Assembly: GCA_965208165.1 (NCBI GenBank)
Contig: OZ242323.1
Coordinates: forward strand, 2,864,893-2,928,892
Direction: 5' to 3'
DNA from: Vicinamibacterales bacterium
GTDB taxonomy: Bacteria > Acidobacteriota > Vicinamibacteria > Vicinamibacterales > UBA8438
DNA length: 64,000 nt
In this document: piece after piece, positions 16,241 through 25,984 of the stretch
How positions within the stretch are numbered: position 1 is the first letter of the stretch
Layout: each line of letters begins with the position of its first letter
The notes under the pieces: model-generated
What the model was told of the DNA's origin: nothing
The model's database searches: none
What the model saw: the letters and a program-made list of their open reading frames with translations, nothing else
Translations under genes and position numbers: made by a program

Positions 16241-19200
16241 TCACGCGGCGGAGCTGCCCGCCAACCGATCCATGCCCGTCTCGTAGATCTGCCGGACCTG
16301 CTCCGTGACCTCGCGGTAGCGCGCGAGCAGCCCGCTTCCCGACGTCGGCTCCCGCAGCCGGTGCGCGAAGGGCTCCACCGCGTCCGGATCGGTCGGGATG
16401 ACGCCCCCGCCGCCGTCGGTCGCGATGCGCAGCACGGTCTCGAGATCGCGAAGAAAGCCGTAGGCGTCGCGCAGCGCGTCGACCTCGTCGGGGCGCAGGA
16501 ATCCCGTGTCGGGAAACGCGGCCAGCAGGCGCCGCGCCCCCGCGATCCGGAACTCGGGGCGGTCGGGTCCCTCCCTGAGCTGCAGCACCTGCAGCAGGAA
16601 GTCGATGTCGGCGAGGCCGCCGTGGCCGCGCTTGAGATCGAGCTGGTCGCCCGCCGCCTCCTTGGCGAGCTCGCGCTCGATGCGGGCGCGGATGCGCCGG
16701 GCGTAGGCGGTCACGTCGGGCGACCACGGCGCGTACACGAAACGGGTGACGATGTCCTGCACCCGCTCGGCGACCGCGGGGTCGCCGCCCGCGAAGCGGC
16801 ACCGCGTCCACGCCATCCGCTCCCAGATCTCGGCGCGCTCGTGCAGATAGCGCTCGAAGGCGACGACGGACAGGGCGAGGGCGCCCATCCGGCCCTCGGG
16901 ACGCAGCCGGGTGTCGATCTCGTACGCCGCCCCCGCCCCCGTGCGCTTCGAGAGCAGGTCGTGGATGGCCCGCACGAACTTCTGCTGCGGTTCGAACCAC
17001 GACCCGTCGCCATCGTACAGGAACACGATGTCGAGGTCAGAGTGAACGGTCAGCTCGCGGCTCCCGAGCTTGCCGAGGGCGAAGACCGCCCAGCCCGTCT
17101 CCGGATCGGCCGGCGCCGGCCCCGGCGGGCGGTGGCGGGCGACCACCCGCGCCGCCGCCTGCAACGCGCAGTCGGCGACGAGAGAGAGCTTGTCGTTGAG
17201 CTTGTCGAGGCGGCGCTCGGTCAGCCACTCGACGAGCCCCTTGAACTCCTGTATCGCCTTGACCCGCCGGAACGGATCCAGGCTCGAGGCGAGGTCGTCC
17301 CCCGCCGCGACCTCGTCGAACCCGCGGACCACCTCGTCCCGAAACGTGTCGGGATCGACGACGGCGCGCCCGAGCGAGTCGAGGAGCTCCGGATACGCGG
17401 CCAGCCGTCCCGCGTAGAGGTCGCCGGCGTCGAGCCCCGACACGAACCGCCGGCGCAGCTCCTCGTCGTCGAGAAGGGTGCGGAAGAGGGCCCCGGCCGC
17501 GCCCGAGCGCGCCGCCACCCGCTCGAAGCGCACGAGCATGCGGCTGAGCCCGGCCGGCGTCCCGCCCGCCAGCATCTCGGCCAGCAGGTTCGCCAGCAGG
17601 TTCCTCGCCGACGACCAGCCGTGCGACGGCGCCGCGTCGAGGGCCCGCATGGCGTCGAGGGCGCTGGCCGGCTCGTCGACGCCGGCCTCGGCGAGGCGGG
17701 CCCGCGCCTCGTCGTCGGGCATGTCCCCCGAGAGCAGCCGGAACATCGTGCGGCCGGCGAGGCCCCCGTCCTCCTGCTCCCCTTCGAACAGGTCGGCGTA
17801 GACCGCGTGCACGCGGTCCCGGTGGCGGTTCAGCACCTCCGTCAGGGTCTCGAGGTCGTCGAACCCGAGCCGGCGCGCCAGCGCCCGGAGCCCCCGTTCC
17901 GTGCCGGAGAGGGTGTGGGTCTGCTGGCCCTGCGCGACCTGCAGGCCGTGCTCGACGTTCCGCAGGAAGACGTACGCGGCCGCCAGGTCCCGCTGCACCT
18001 CCGGCTCGATGAACCCGTGGGCGCCGAGATGGTCGAGGGCGGTCAGCGTGTGGCCGGTGCGCAGGTCCGGCGTCTCGCCGCCGTAGATGATCTGGAACAC
18101 CTGCGCGAACAGCTCGATCTCGCGGATGCCGCCGCGGCCCTCTTTCACGTTCTGGTCCAGATCGCCGCGCTTGCCGTGCTCGCGGTCGGCCCGCGCCTTG
18201 TAGCGCGCGAGCTCCTCGATGGCCGCGTGGTCCAGGTATTTTCGGTACACGAAGGGAACGGTCAGCTCCACGAACCGGCGCCCGAGGTCGAGGTCGCCCG
18301 CGATCGGCCGCCCCTTGATGAGCGCGAACCGCTCGAACGTCTCGCCCATGCTCTCGTAGTACTGCGCCGACTGCTTCAGCGAGTAGACGAGGTTCCCGCC
18401 CTGCCCCATGGGCCGGAGGCGCATGTCGACCCGGTAGAGGTAGCCCTCGCCGGTATGCGCGCTGAGCAGGCTCGTGAGCCGGCGCCCCAGCTTCTGGTAG
18501 CGCCGCTGGGCGGTCCCCGTGGTGTCGTCCGGGGCGTCGTAGACGTAGATGAGGTCGATGTCGGAGCTGTAGTTGAGATCGGCGCCGCCGAGCTTGCCCA
18601 TGCCGATGACCGCGAACCGCCCCGGCAGCGGGCCGTCGGCCGCCGCCTGCTCGGCCGTCGCGATGTCCAGCACCTTGTCGACCAGGGTGTCGGCGAGGTT
18701 CGAGAGCTGGGCGGTCGTCGACGTCAGCGTCTCCCGGTTCAGCATGCCGAAGAGATCCATGGCCGCGACCCGCAGCATCTCGCGCCGCTGGTAGCGCTTG
18801 AGCCCGTCCACCTGGAGCTCCACGGAGCTGTCGCCGTCGATCAGCCGGGCGAGCTCGCGGTCGTAGTCGTGGCGGTCCGGCGGCGCGCTGTCGAGCTCGT
18901 TCCGCAGCCAGTGCAGGTAGCCGGGGTTGCGGATGAGAATCTCGCTGAGGAACGGGGAGGTCCCGAGAATCTGCGCCAGGATGTCGAGGACGTGCGGGTC
19001 CTCCTGCAGGGTGCCGATGAACGACGCCTTCGGCGTTCGGGTGGCGACGTAGCGGCAGAACCCGACGACGGCGGCGTCGGGGTCCGGCGTCGTCGCGAGC
19101 TCGTCGAACAGCAGGGGCGCGAGATTGCCCAGGGCCACGCGGCTGGTCAGGTCGTCGGCGAGCTGCTGCAGCTGCTGGTCGGCGGCGGCGCCGTCGCGCA

Positions 19201-19297
19201 TGCCGCAGCCCTCGAGAAACCGCGCGGCCGCCTCGGGGCTGAGGTCGGCGCCCAGGAAGATGTCCTTCGGTGCGACGGCGTTCGGTTCGGACGGCAT
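16241..19297 (-). CDS. glnE: Glutamine synthetase adenylyltransferase / adenylyl-removing enzyme
   Basis: ATG 19297 (MPSEPNAVAPKD...), in frame with the 1260-aa track ORF, whose 5' part runs through glnB. Two nucleotidyltransferase cores: GMGKLGGADLNYSSDIDLIYVY and ALGKLGSRELTVHSDLDIVFLY. Confidence 0.85.
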   Translation of the reverse strand: MPSEPNAVAPKDIFLGADLSPEAAARFLEGCGMRDGAAADQQLQQLADDLTSRVALGNLAPLLFDELATTPDPDAAVVGFCRYVATRTPKASFIGTLQEDPHVLDILAQILGTSPFLSEILIRNPGYLHWLRNELDSAPPDRHDYDRELARLIDGDSSVELQVDGLKRYQRREMLRVAAMDLFGMLNRETLTSTTAQLSNLADTLVDKVLDIATAEQAAADGPLPGRFAVIGMGKLGGADLNYSSDIDLIYVYDAPDDTTGTAQRRYQKLGRRLTSLLSAHTGEGYLYRVDMRLRPMGQGGNLVYSLKQSAQYYESMGETFERFALIKGRPIAGDLDLGRRFVELTVPFVYRKYLDHAAIEELARYKARADREHGKRGDLDQNVKEGRGGIREIELFAQVFQIIYGGETPDLRTGHTLTALDHLGAHGFIEPEVQRDLAAAYVFLRNVEHGLQVAQGQQTHTLSGTERGLRALARRLGFDDLETLTEVLNRHRDRVHAVYADLFEGEQEDGGLAGRTMFRLLSGDMPDDEARARLAEAGVDEPASALDAMRALDAAPSHGWSSARNLLANLLAEMLAGGTPAGLSRMLVRFERVAARSGAAGALFRTLLDDEELRRRFVSGLDAGDLYAGRLAAYPELLDSLGRAVVDPDTFRDEVVRGFDEVAAGDDLASSLDPFRRVKAIQEFKGLVEWLTERRLDKLNDKLSLVADCALQAAARVVARHRPPGPAPADPETGWAVFALGKLGSRELTVHSDLDIVFLYDGDGSWFEPQQKFVRAIHDLLSKRTGAGAAYEIDTRLRPEGRMGALALSVVAFERYLHERAEIWERMAWTRCRFAGGDPAVAERVQDIVTRFVYAPWSPDVTAYARRIRARIERELAKEAAGDQLDLKRGHGGLADIDFLLQVLQLREGPDRPEFRIAGARRLLAAFPDTGFLRPDEVDALRDAYGFLRDLETVLRIATDGGGGVIPTDPDAVEPFAHRLREPTSGSGLLARYREVTEQVRQIYETGMDRLAGSSAA

Positions 19298-19397
19298 GGG
19301 ACGTCCTTGCGGCCGGCGGAACGACGCGGGTCCCGTCCGGGGTTGACCGGCACGACCGCGCGTCGGGCGGCGGGGCCGCAGGCGGCGATGGCCGGCC

Positions 19398-19471
19398 GGG
19401 AGTCTGCGCCGCGGAACCGCGCGTACTCCCGGAGATTGGTTGGCGCCGGGCGAAGCCGAAGGCGACGGGGC
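19398..19471 (+). repeat. Copy of the ~80-nt hairpin repeat family (opposite orientation to flanking genes)
   Basis: GGGAGTCTGCGCCGCGGAACCGCGCGTACTCCC + GGAGATTGGTTGGCGCCGGGCGAAGCCGAAGGCGACGGGGC. Its tail touches the glnB stop (cta 19471-19473). Confidence 0.8.
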
Positions 19472-19803
19472 TAGGCCACGTCGGTCTCCCCGGTCCGGAT
19501 CACCCAGCTCTGCTCGACCGGCAGCACGAACACCCGGCCGTCGCCGATCTCGCCGGTGCGGGCCGCGTCCATGATGACCTCGACGGCCTCGTCGACCGCC
19601 TCGTCGGCCACCACGATCTCGACCTTGGTCTTCGGCAGCAGACTGATGTCGTACTCGCGCCCGCGGTAGATGGTGGTGTGGCCGCGCTGGCGGCCGTGCC
19701 CGCGCACCTCGGTAACGGTGATGCCGGGGATGCCGCGCTTCGCGAGCCCGTCCTTGATGACGTCGACCTTGCTCGGCCGCACGATGGCCTTTATCAGCTT
19801 CAT
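19471..19803 (-). CDS. glnB: Nitrogen regulatory protein P-II
   Basis: 110 aa from ATG 19803: MKLIKAIVRPSKVDVIKDGLAKRGIPGITVTEVRGHGRQRGHTTIYRGREYDISLLPKTKVEIVV... with T-loop Tyr51. Confidence 0.9.
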   Translation of the reverse strand: MKLIKAIVRPSKVDVIKDGLAKRGIPGITVTEVRGHGRQRGHTTIYRGREYDISLLPKTKVEIVVADEAVDEAVEVIMDAARTGEIGDGRVFVLPVEQSWVIRTGETDVA

Positions 19804-20122
19804 TTCCGCATCCGCGTGGGTTCGCCGGACCGTCGCCGGGGCCCGGCCCGTGCCTCCTCTCGGCACGAGTGTACACGTTCGGAGCCGGGCGGAGCACGAC
19901 TACCCCTCCTGTTCCTCTCCCGTACCCCTCCCGCCCCTCTCCCGCCCGCGAACGCCGGCCGTGGCACGCCTTCCGCACCTGCCCGACGCCCGGCGGGCTA
20001 TCATACTGGAGACCGCCGCGCATCGCGCGGCGACTCCGGATGTAGTACGATTCTCTGTCCGGCCCGCCGCCCCGCGCGGGCCGCCGCGGTTCGGACCTTC
20101 AGCTCTCGACGAGTCGCATCGT

Positions 20123-21277
20123 ATGGTCGTCGGCATCCCTGCAGAGACCTTCCCCGGCGAGCGGCGTGTCGCCACCGTCCCCGCGGTGGTTCCGGCCCTC
20201 ATGAAGGCCGGCCTCGACGTGCTGCTGGAGCCCGGCGCGGGCGCGGCGGCGGGATTCCCGGACGCGGACTACGTCGATAAGGGCGCGGCCCTCGCGACGG
20301 ATCGGGCGCACCTCTTCGCGACTGGCGACGTCGTCCTCCAGGTTCGCGCCCTCGGCGCCAACCCCGACGCGGGGCGCGCCGATCTCGATCTGCTCCGACC
20401 AGGGCAGGTCGTCATCGGGCTGTCCGAGCCGCTCGGCGCGCCGGCGGCGGCCCGCGAGCTCGCCGCGCGCGGCGCCACCGCGTTCTCGATGGAGCTCATT
20501 CCCCGCATCACCCGCGCCCAGAGCATGGACGCGCTGTCGTCGATGGCCACCATCGCCGGCTACAAGGCGGTGCTGGTGGCGGCCGAGGCCCTGCCCCGCA
20601 TGTTCCCGATGATGATGACGGCGGCGGGCACCGTCACCCCGGCCCGCGTCTTCGTCGTCGGGGCGGGAGTGGCGGGGCTGCAGGCCATAGCTAGCGCGCG
20701 GCGGCTGGGGGCCAAGGTCGAGGCCTACGACGTCAGGCCGGCCGTCAAGGAGCAGGTCGAGAGCCTGGGCGCCTCGTTCGTGGACCTGCCCCTCGACACC
20801 GCCGGCTCGGAGGACGCGGGCGGCTACGCCAAGGCCCAGGACGAGACGTTCTACGCCCGGCAGCGCGAAATGATGGGCCGGGTGGTGGCGGCGAGCGACG
20901 TCGTCGTCACCACCGCCCTCATCCCCGGGCGGCCCGCCCCGGTGCTCGTGACCGACGCGATGGTGGCGGGGATGACCCCGGGTTCGGTGGTGGTGGACCT
21001 GGCGGCCGAGCGGGGCGGCAACGTCGAGCCGTCGCGGCCCGACGAGGTGGTGACGGCCCACGGCGTCACCGTGCTCGGCCCCACCAACCTGCCGTCCACG
21101 GTGCCGTACCACGCCAGCCAGATGTACGCCCGGAACGTCTCGGCGTTGCTGCTGCACCTGGTCCGGGACGGCGCCGTGGCGCTCGACCCCGACGACGAGA
21201 TCACGTCGGGCACGCTGGTGTCGCGCGACGGCGAGGTCGTCCACCCCCGGGTCCGCGAGCTCCTCGAAAAGGCCTGA
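20123..21277 (+). CDS. pntA: NAD(P) transhydrogenase subunit alpha, part 1
   Basis: ATG 20123 (MVVGIPAETFPGERRVATVP...). Rossmann VFVVGAGVAGLQAIASARRLGA. Followed by the two membrane subunits. Confidence 0.9.
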   Translation: MVVGIPAETFPGERRVATVPAVVPALMKAGLDVLLEPGAGAAAGFPDADYVDKGAALATDRAHLFATGDVVLQVRALGANPDAGRADLDLLRPGQVVIGLSEPLGAPAAARELAARGATAFSMELIPRITRAQSMDALSSMATIAGYKAVLVAAEALPRMFPMMMTAAGTVTPARVFVVGAGVAGLQAIASARRLGAKVEAYDVRPAVKEQVESLGASFVDLPLDTAGSEDAGGYAKAQDETFYARQREMMGRVVAASDVVVTTALIPGRPAPVLVTDAMVAGMTPGSVVVDLAAERGGNVEPSRPDEVVTAHGVTVLGPTNLPSTVPYHASQMYARNVSALLLHLVRDGAVALDPDDEITSGTLVSRDGEVVHPRVRELLEKA

Positions 21278-21296
21278 CATCGCGCCGAGGTCCCCG

Positions 21297-21575
21297 ATGG
21301 ATGCGTTCCTGCCCCTGCTGACGATCTTCATGCTCGCGGTCTTCGTCGGCTTCGAGATCATCACCAAGGTGCCGCCGTTGCTCCACACGCCGCTGATGTC
21401 GGGCAGCAACGCCATCTCCGGCATCACCATCATCGGGGCGCTCCTGTCGGTCGCCTCGCCGAACCGGGCGACGATGGTCCTCGGGTTCCTCGCCCTGGTC
21501 ATCGCGACCATCAACGTCGTGGGCGGCTTCCTGGTCACGCACCGCATGCTCGGCATGTTCCGGAAGAAGGACTGA
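21297..21575 (+). CDS. NAD(P) transhydrogenase subunit alpha, part 2 (membrane)
   Basis: 92 aa with three hydrophobic helices, positioned between alpha-1 and beta as in split Pnt systems. Confidence 0.85.
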   Translation: MDAFLPLLTIFMLAVFVGFEIITKVPPLLHTPLMSGSNAISGITIIGALLSVASPNRATMVLGFLALVIATINVVGGFLVTHRMLGMFRKKD

Positions 21576-21583
21576 GGCCGACC

Positions 21584-22978
21584 GTGGACAGTGCGATCAA
21601 TCTCGTCTACCTGGCCGCCTCGGCCCTCTTCATCCTCGGCATCCGCGGCCTCACGCATCCGCGGACGGCGGTGCGCGGCAACCTGATGGGCGCGGCCGGG
21701 ATGCTGCTGGCGGTGGTGGCGACGCTCCTCGACCGGCAGGTCTTCGGCGCCGGCCCCCAGGGGCTGGCCATGATCCTCGCCGGCGTGGCCCTCGGCGGGG
21801 CCATCGGCGCCACGCTGGCCCTGCGCATCGCGATGACCGCGATGCCCGAGATGGTGGCGCTGCTGAACGCCTTCGGGGGCGGCGCCTCGGCCCTGGTGGC
21901 GGGCGCGGTGCTGGTGAGCGCGACCGAGCCGTCGGCCCAGACCACGGTGGCCACCGTCGCCTCCGGCCTCATCGGCTCCGTCACCTTCTGGGGCAGCCTC
22001 GTCGCGTTCGACAAGCTGCGCGGGCTGCTGCTGCCCGACGCGCCGGTCGTCTTCCCGGGGCAGCAGGTCCTCAACGGCGCCATCGCGCTGGCGGCGCTCG
22101 GGCTCGGCGCGATGGTCATCGCCGATCCCGGCACCATCGCCTTCTACGCGGGCCTCGTGGCCGTCGCGTCGGTGCTCGGCGTCCTGCTGACGATCTCCAT
22201 CGGCGGGGCCGACATGCCCGTCGCCATCGCGCTCCTCAACTCCTACTCGGGCCTCGCCGCCGCCTCGACCGGCTTCGTCCTCAGCAACGACATCCTCATC
22301 ATCACCGGCTCGCTCGTCGGCGCCTCCGGCATCATCCTGACCCGCATCATGTGCAAGGCGATGAACCGGTCGCTCGTCAACGTGCTGGTGGGGGCGATCG
22401 CCGAGGGCGGCGGGTCGAAATCGGACGCGGACGAAGTGTACGCCGGGCGCGTCAAGAGCACCTCGGCCGAGGAGGTGGCGATGCTCTTCGACGGGGCGCG
22501 CCGCACCGTGATCGTCCCCGGCTACGGCCTCGCCGTCTCGCAGGCGCAGCACCAGGTGCGAGACCTCGCGAACCTGCTCGAGTCGCGGGGCGTCGAGGTG
22601 GAGTACGCCATCCACCCCGTCGCGGGCCGCATGCCCGGGCACATGAACGTGCTGCTCGCCGAGGCCGACGTCGACTACGACAAGCTGAAGGAGATGGACG
22701 CCGTCAACCCGTCGTTCGAGCAGACCGACGTCAGCCTCGTCATCGGCGCCAACGACATCGTCAATCCCGACGCCCGCACCGACCCGTCGAGCCCCATCGC
22801 GGGCATGCCGATCCTGAACGTCGACCAGTCCCGCACCGTCGTCGTCATCAAGCGCAGCCTCTCCCCCGGGTTCGCCGGCGTCCCGAACCCGCTCTTCGCC
22901 GCCGACAACACGCTGATGTTCTTCGGCGACGGCAAGCAGGCGGTGCTCGAGCTGATCGCCGCCGTCAAGGAGTCGTGA
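21584..22978 (+). CDS. pntB: NAD(P) transhydrogenase subunit beta
   Basis: 464 aa, GTG start. N-terminal TM bundle plus a C-terminal NADP(H) domain (GYGLAVSQAQH, AGRMPGHMNVLLAEA, VIGANDIVNP). Confidence 0.9.
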   Translation: MDSAINLVYLAASALFILGIRGLTHPRTAVRGNLMGAAGMLLAVVATLLDRQVFGAGPQGLAMILAGVALGGAIGATLALRIAMTAMPEMVALLNAFGGGASALVAGAVLVSATEPSAQTTVATVASGLIGSVTFWGSLVAFDKLRGLLLPDAPVVFPGQQVLNGAIALAALGLGAMVIADPGTIAFYAGLVAVASVLGVLLTISIGGADMPVAIALLNSYSGLAAASTGFVLSNDILIITGSLVGASGIILTRIMCKAMNRSLVNVLVGAIAEGGGSKSDADEVYAGRVKSTSAEEVAMLFDGARRTVIVPGYGLAVSQAQHQVRDLANLLESRGVEVEYAIHPVAGRMPGHMNVLLAEADVDYDKLKEMDAVNPSFEQTDVSLVIGANDIVNPDARTDPSSPIAGMPILNVDQSRTVVVIKRSLSPGFAGVPNPLFAADNTLMFFGDGKQAVLELIAAVKES

Positions 22979-23085
22979 CCGCGAACGGGGCGCACACCGC
23001 GGACCGTAACGTCCCCGGCCGGGACCGCTCCCACCGCAGCCATCGGCGGGCCAAGACGAGATGACGCAGTCCACGGGAGATCCGC

Positions 23086-23235
23086 CAGCGCCGGTCTCGG
23101 ATCCGCTCCCCGCTCGTCAGGAAAGCGAAGGCGGGATGATGCCGTCGACGGATGCGCCGCCGGCGCCAGTGTCGGATCCGCACCGTGCTCGTCGGGAAGG
23201 CGAAGACGGGATGATGCCGTCGACGGACCCGCCCG
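23086..23235 (+). repeat. 75-bp (25-codon) tandem duplication x2 covering the start-codon region of the ABC ATPase gene
   Basis: tcggatccgc anchors at 23097 and 23172. Both units end with gggATGATGccgtcgacgga (ATG at 23136 and 23211). Confidence 0.9.
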
Positions 23236-24011
23236 AGGCGCTGAGACTGACCGGGGTGCGGCTGGTCCGCGACCGGACGACCATCCTCGAGGGCATCGAC
23301 TGGCGGGTCCGCGCCGGCGAGCGCTGGGTGGTGCTCGGCCCCAACGGCAGCGGCAAGACCACCCTGTGCCAGATCCTCACCCTCTACCAGCACCCGTCCT
23401 CGGGCTCGGTCACCGTGCTCGGCGGCGAGCTCGGCCGGGTCGACGTGCGGGCCCTGCGCCTGCGCATCGGGGTCACGAGCGCCGCCCTCGCCGCGATGAT
23501 CCCGTCCGCCCTGACCGCCGAGCAGATCGTGGTTGCCGGCAAGGAGGCGGCACTGGCCCCCTGGTGGCACCGCTACGACGAGGCCGACCGGGACCACGCG
23601 CGGCGCTGCCTTGCCCGCGTCGACTGCCTGGGCCACGCCGGACAGCGTTTCACGACGCTGTCGTCGGGCGAGCGCCAGCGGGTGCTGCTGGCCCGGGCCC
23701 TGATGTGCACGCCGGGCCTCATGGTGCTGGACGAGCCGAACGCCGGCCTCGATCTGCCGGGCCGCGAGCAGCTCGTGCAGACCCTGGCCAACCTCGGCCG
23801 CTCCGATCCCGAGCTGCCGATCGTCCTCGTCACGCATCACCTGGACGAGATCCCGCCCGGGTTCACCCACGCCCTCCTGCTCGCGTCGGGCCGCATGGCC
23901 GCCGCCGGTCCCATCGAGGACGTGCTGACTCCGCCGGCCCTGTCGGCATGCTTCGGGCTGGCCCTGGAGGTCGACCACCGCCACGGCCGGTGGCAGGCGC
24001 GGGCCAGGTAG
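23211..24011 (+). CDS. ABC transporter ATP-binding protein (no adjacent permease)
   Basis: Walker A GPNGSGKTT, signature LSSGERQ, Walker B LMVLDEP. Start ambiguous (23061, 23136 or 23211, all in frame); 23211 gives a normal-length N-terminus. Confidence 0.75.
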   Translation: MMPSTDPPEALRLTGVRLVRDRTTILEGIDWRVRAGERWVVLGPNGSGKTTLCQILTLYQHPSSGSVTVLGGELGRVDVRALRLRIGVTSAALAAMIPSALTAEQIVVAGKEAALAPWWHRYDEADRDHARRCLARVDCLGHAGQRFTTLSSGERQRVLLARALMCTPGLMVLDEPNAGLDLPGREQLVQTLANLGRSDPELPIVLVTHHLDEIPPGFTHALLLASGRMAAAGPIEDVLTPPALSACFGLALEVDHRHGRWQARAR

Positions 24012-24243
24012 TGGCCCGTTTCCGGGAGCCTGTCGCGAGGAGACGTCGGGCGCGAAGCCGACAACCCCGGAGCCTCGACAAGACGCCCCTCGGGCAGGCG
24101 GCTCGACGCACCCGGTCACGGGCGTTCCACCGCGGGCTCCCGGAGCAACGGCGTCTCCGCCCAGGGGAACCCATGGACGGCGGCGGTAACGGCCGGTCGC
24201 AACGGCGTCCCCGCGGCCGAGGCAGCCGCCGGTCCCCGATCCC

Positions 24244-25365
24244 TCAGGACGCCGCGAACACGCTGGCCCGCAATTCGTCGACGAGGGCCCCCACGACCTT
24301 CGTGAAGTCGCCGGTCTCCGCGTACACCTGCCGTTGCGCGGCGCAGCTCGGCCCGGTCTGCATGAGGTCGCGGACGCCGGCCAGCTCGCGGTGGCTGCCG
24401 AGCCGCTTCGACACCGGCTCGATCGTTTCCAGCAGACGGTGTATCGAATCCGCCAGGGGCTCGAGCCGGCCCTCCTCGTCCACGATGACCTCCGCGTCCA
24501 GCGCCCACCGCGCGGCGCGCCACTTGTTCTCGCGGACGATCCAGTAGCGCTGCACGGGCAGATACACGCCGTTGTCGTACTGGTCCCCGAGCCACACCAC
24601 GAGCGCCTGGATCAGCGCGGTCATCGCGACGATGTCGTCCAGGGTCGGCAACCCGTCGCAGATGCGCACCTCGACCGTCCCGAACTGCGGGTGGGGCCGG
24701 ATGTCCCACCAGATCTCGCGCACCGACTCGATGGCCCCCGCTCCCACCAGGGTGATCATCAGCCGCTGGAACTCGGCCCAGTTCAGGAGCCGGTAGGGCA
24801 GCCCCGCCGTCGGGAGGCTCTCGAAGATCTTCACCCGGCACGAGGCGAGCCCCGTCTCCTCGCCCTGGAAGAACGGCGAGCTCGCCGACAGCGCGAGCAG
24901 ATGGGGAATGTAGGTGGTCAGGGCGTTGAAGATGGCGATGGCCTTCTCGCCGCTCTCGATGCCCACGTGCACGTGCAGGCCGAAGATCATCAGCCGCCGG
25001 GCCGGCCACTGGCACCGGTTGGCGAGCAGGTGATAGCGCTCCTTGTCGGTGATCTTCTGCTCGGCCCACCGCGAGAACGGATGCGTGCCGGTGCTCGCGA
25101 GCTGGTAGCCGAGGTCGTCGCACAGCCCGTAGAGCCCGCGCAGGCGCTCCGCCAGCTCGCGGCGGACCGCCGCGACGTCGGCGCACGGGTCGGTATTGAT
25201 CTCGATGGTCGACTGGATCAGCTCCGGCTTGAGGTGGGGAACGGCCGCGCGCTCGAGGATGTCGGAGGCCCCCGACACGAGGTTCCCCGTCTCCGGATCG
25301 ATGATCTGCAGCTCCACCTCGACCCCGAGGGTTGGCGCGGGCGAGCCGTTGAACGAGATGCGCAT
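24244..25365 (-). CDS. ybdK: Carboxylate-amine ligase, glutamate-cysteine ligase family 2
   Basis: 373 aa from ATG 25365: MRISFNGSPAPTLGVEVELQIIDPETGNLVSGASDIL... Typical GCS2/YbdK N-terminus and length. Confidence 0.75.
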   Translation of the reverse strand: MRISFNGSPAPTLGVEVELQIIDPETGNLVSGASDILERAAVPHLKPELIQSTIEINTDPCADVAAVRRELAERLRGLYGLCDDLGYQLASTGTHPFSRWAEQKITDKERYHLLANRCQWPARRLMIFGLHVHVGIESGEKAIAIFNALTTYIPHLLALSASSPFFQGEETGLASCRVKIFESLPTAGLPYRLLNWAEFQRLMITLVGAGAIESVREIWWDIRPHPQFGTVEVRICDGLPTLDDIVAMTALIQALVVWLGDQYDNGVYLPVQRYWIVRENKWRAARWALDAEVIVDEEGRLEPLADSIHRLLETIEPVSKRLGSHRELAGVRDLMQTGPSCAAQRQVYAETGDFTKVVGALVDELRASVFAAS

Positions 25366-25537
25366 CGTCGCTTCCCTGCTCGATGGTGAGATTGCGCGCT
25401 GCCCGAGACCGGCGAACCGCGCGGCGGCGCGCCCGCCCCGGGGCGTCCGGCGGACGGGCCAGTATACCCGCTCGAATCGCGCCGAGTCTCCACGAGGCGA
25501 CTTCCCTTCCCGGTCGCGGGGATGAGATAGTGGACCC

Positions 25538-25984
25538 GTGGGCGCCGCGTCACCACGTGCCACTCTGGTCCGCTACACGCTCTACCAGATCCCGGAATGG
25601 GTGCTGGCGGTGGTCGCCGCCATCCTGCTCTACCGGTGGGGCGTCCTGCCGGGCTGGGCCGCGGCCCTGCTCGTGGCGGGCGTGATGGCCAAGGACGCGG
25701 CGCTGTATCCGCTGCTGCGGACCGCCTACGAGAACGACACCTCGACCGCGATCGAACGTCTCGTCGGGCTGCGCGGGGTGGCCGTCGAGCCGCTCGCGCC
25801 GCAAGGCTACGTGCGGGTCCGCGGCGAGCTCTGGCGCTCGGAGGCGCCGGCGGCCGGACGCGAGATCCGCCCTGGCCATCCCGTGACCGTCCAGGCGGTA
25901 CGGGGCACGACGCTGCTGGTCTGCCCCGCGCCGCCGCTCGCGGGGGCCCGGAACCTCGAAAAGAGCGCCGCAGAGGGACGATAA
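25538..25984 (+). CDS. NfeD-family membrane protein (C-terminal OB-fold)
   Basis: 148 aa, GTG start. Two TM helices, then GLRGVAVEPLAPQGYVRVRGELWRSEA...IRPGHPVTVQAVRGTTLLV, the NfeD OB pattern. Confidence 0.6.
   Translation: MGAASPRATLVRYTLYQIPEWVLAVVAAILLYRWGVLPGWAAALLVAGVMAKDAALYPLLRTAYENDTSTAIERLVGLRGVAVEPLAPQGYVRVRGELWRSEAPAAGREIRPGHPVTVQAVRGTTLLVCPAPPLAGARNLEKSAAEGR

Noticed and set aside
19962-19977. Sigma-54-like TGGCAC-N5-CCGC upstream of pntAA
   Set aside because: The -24 half is perfect, but the -12 element is CCGC rather than TTGC. The site is 145 nt from the ATG, and a TATCAT -10-like box lies downstream. Too weak to call.
19298-20023. 5' extension of the glnE ORF to 20023 (1260-aa track ORF)
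   Set aside because: The extension runs in frame through the complete P-II gene region and the intergenic repeat. Recognisable GlnE sequence begins at the ATG at 19297.
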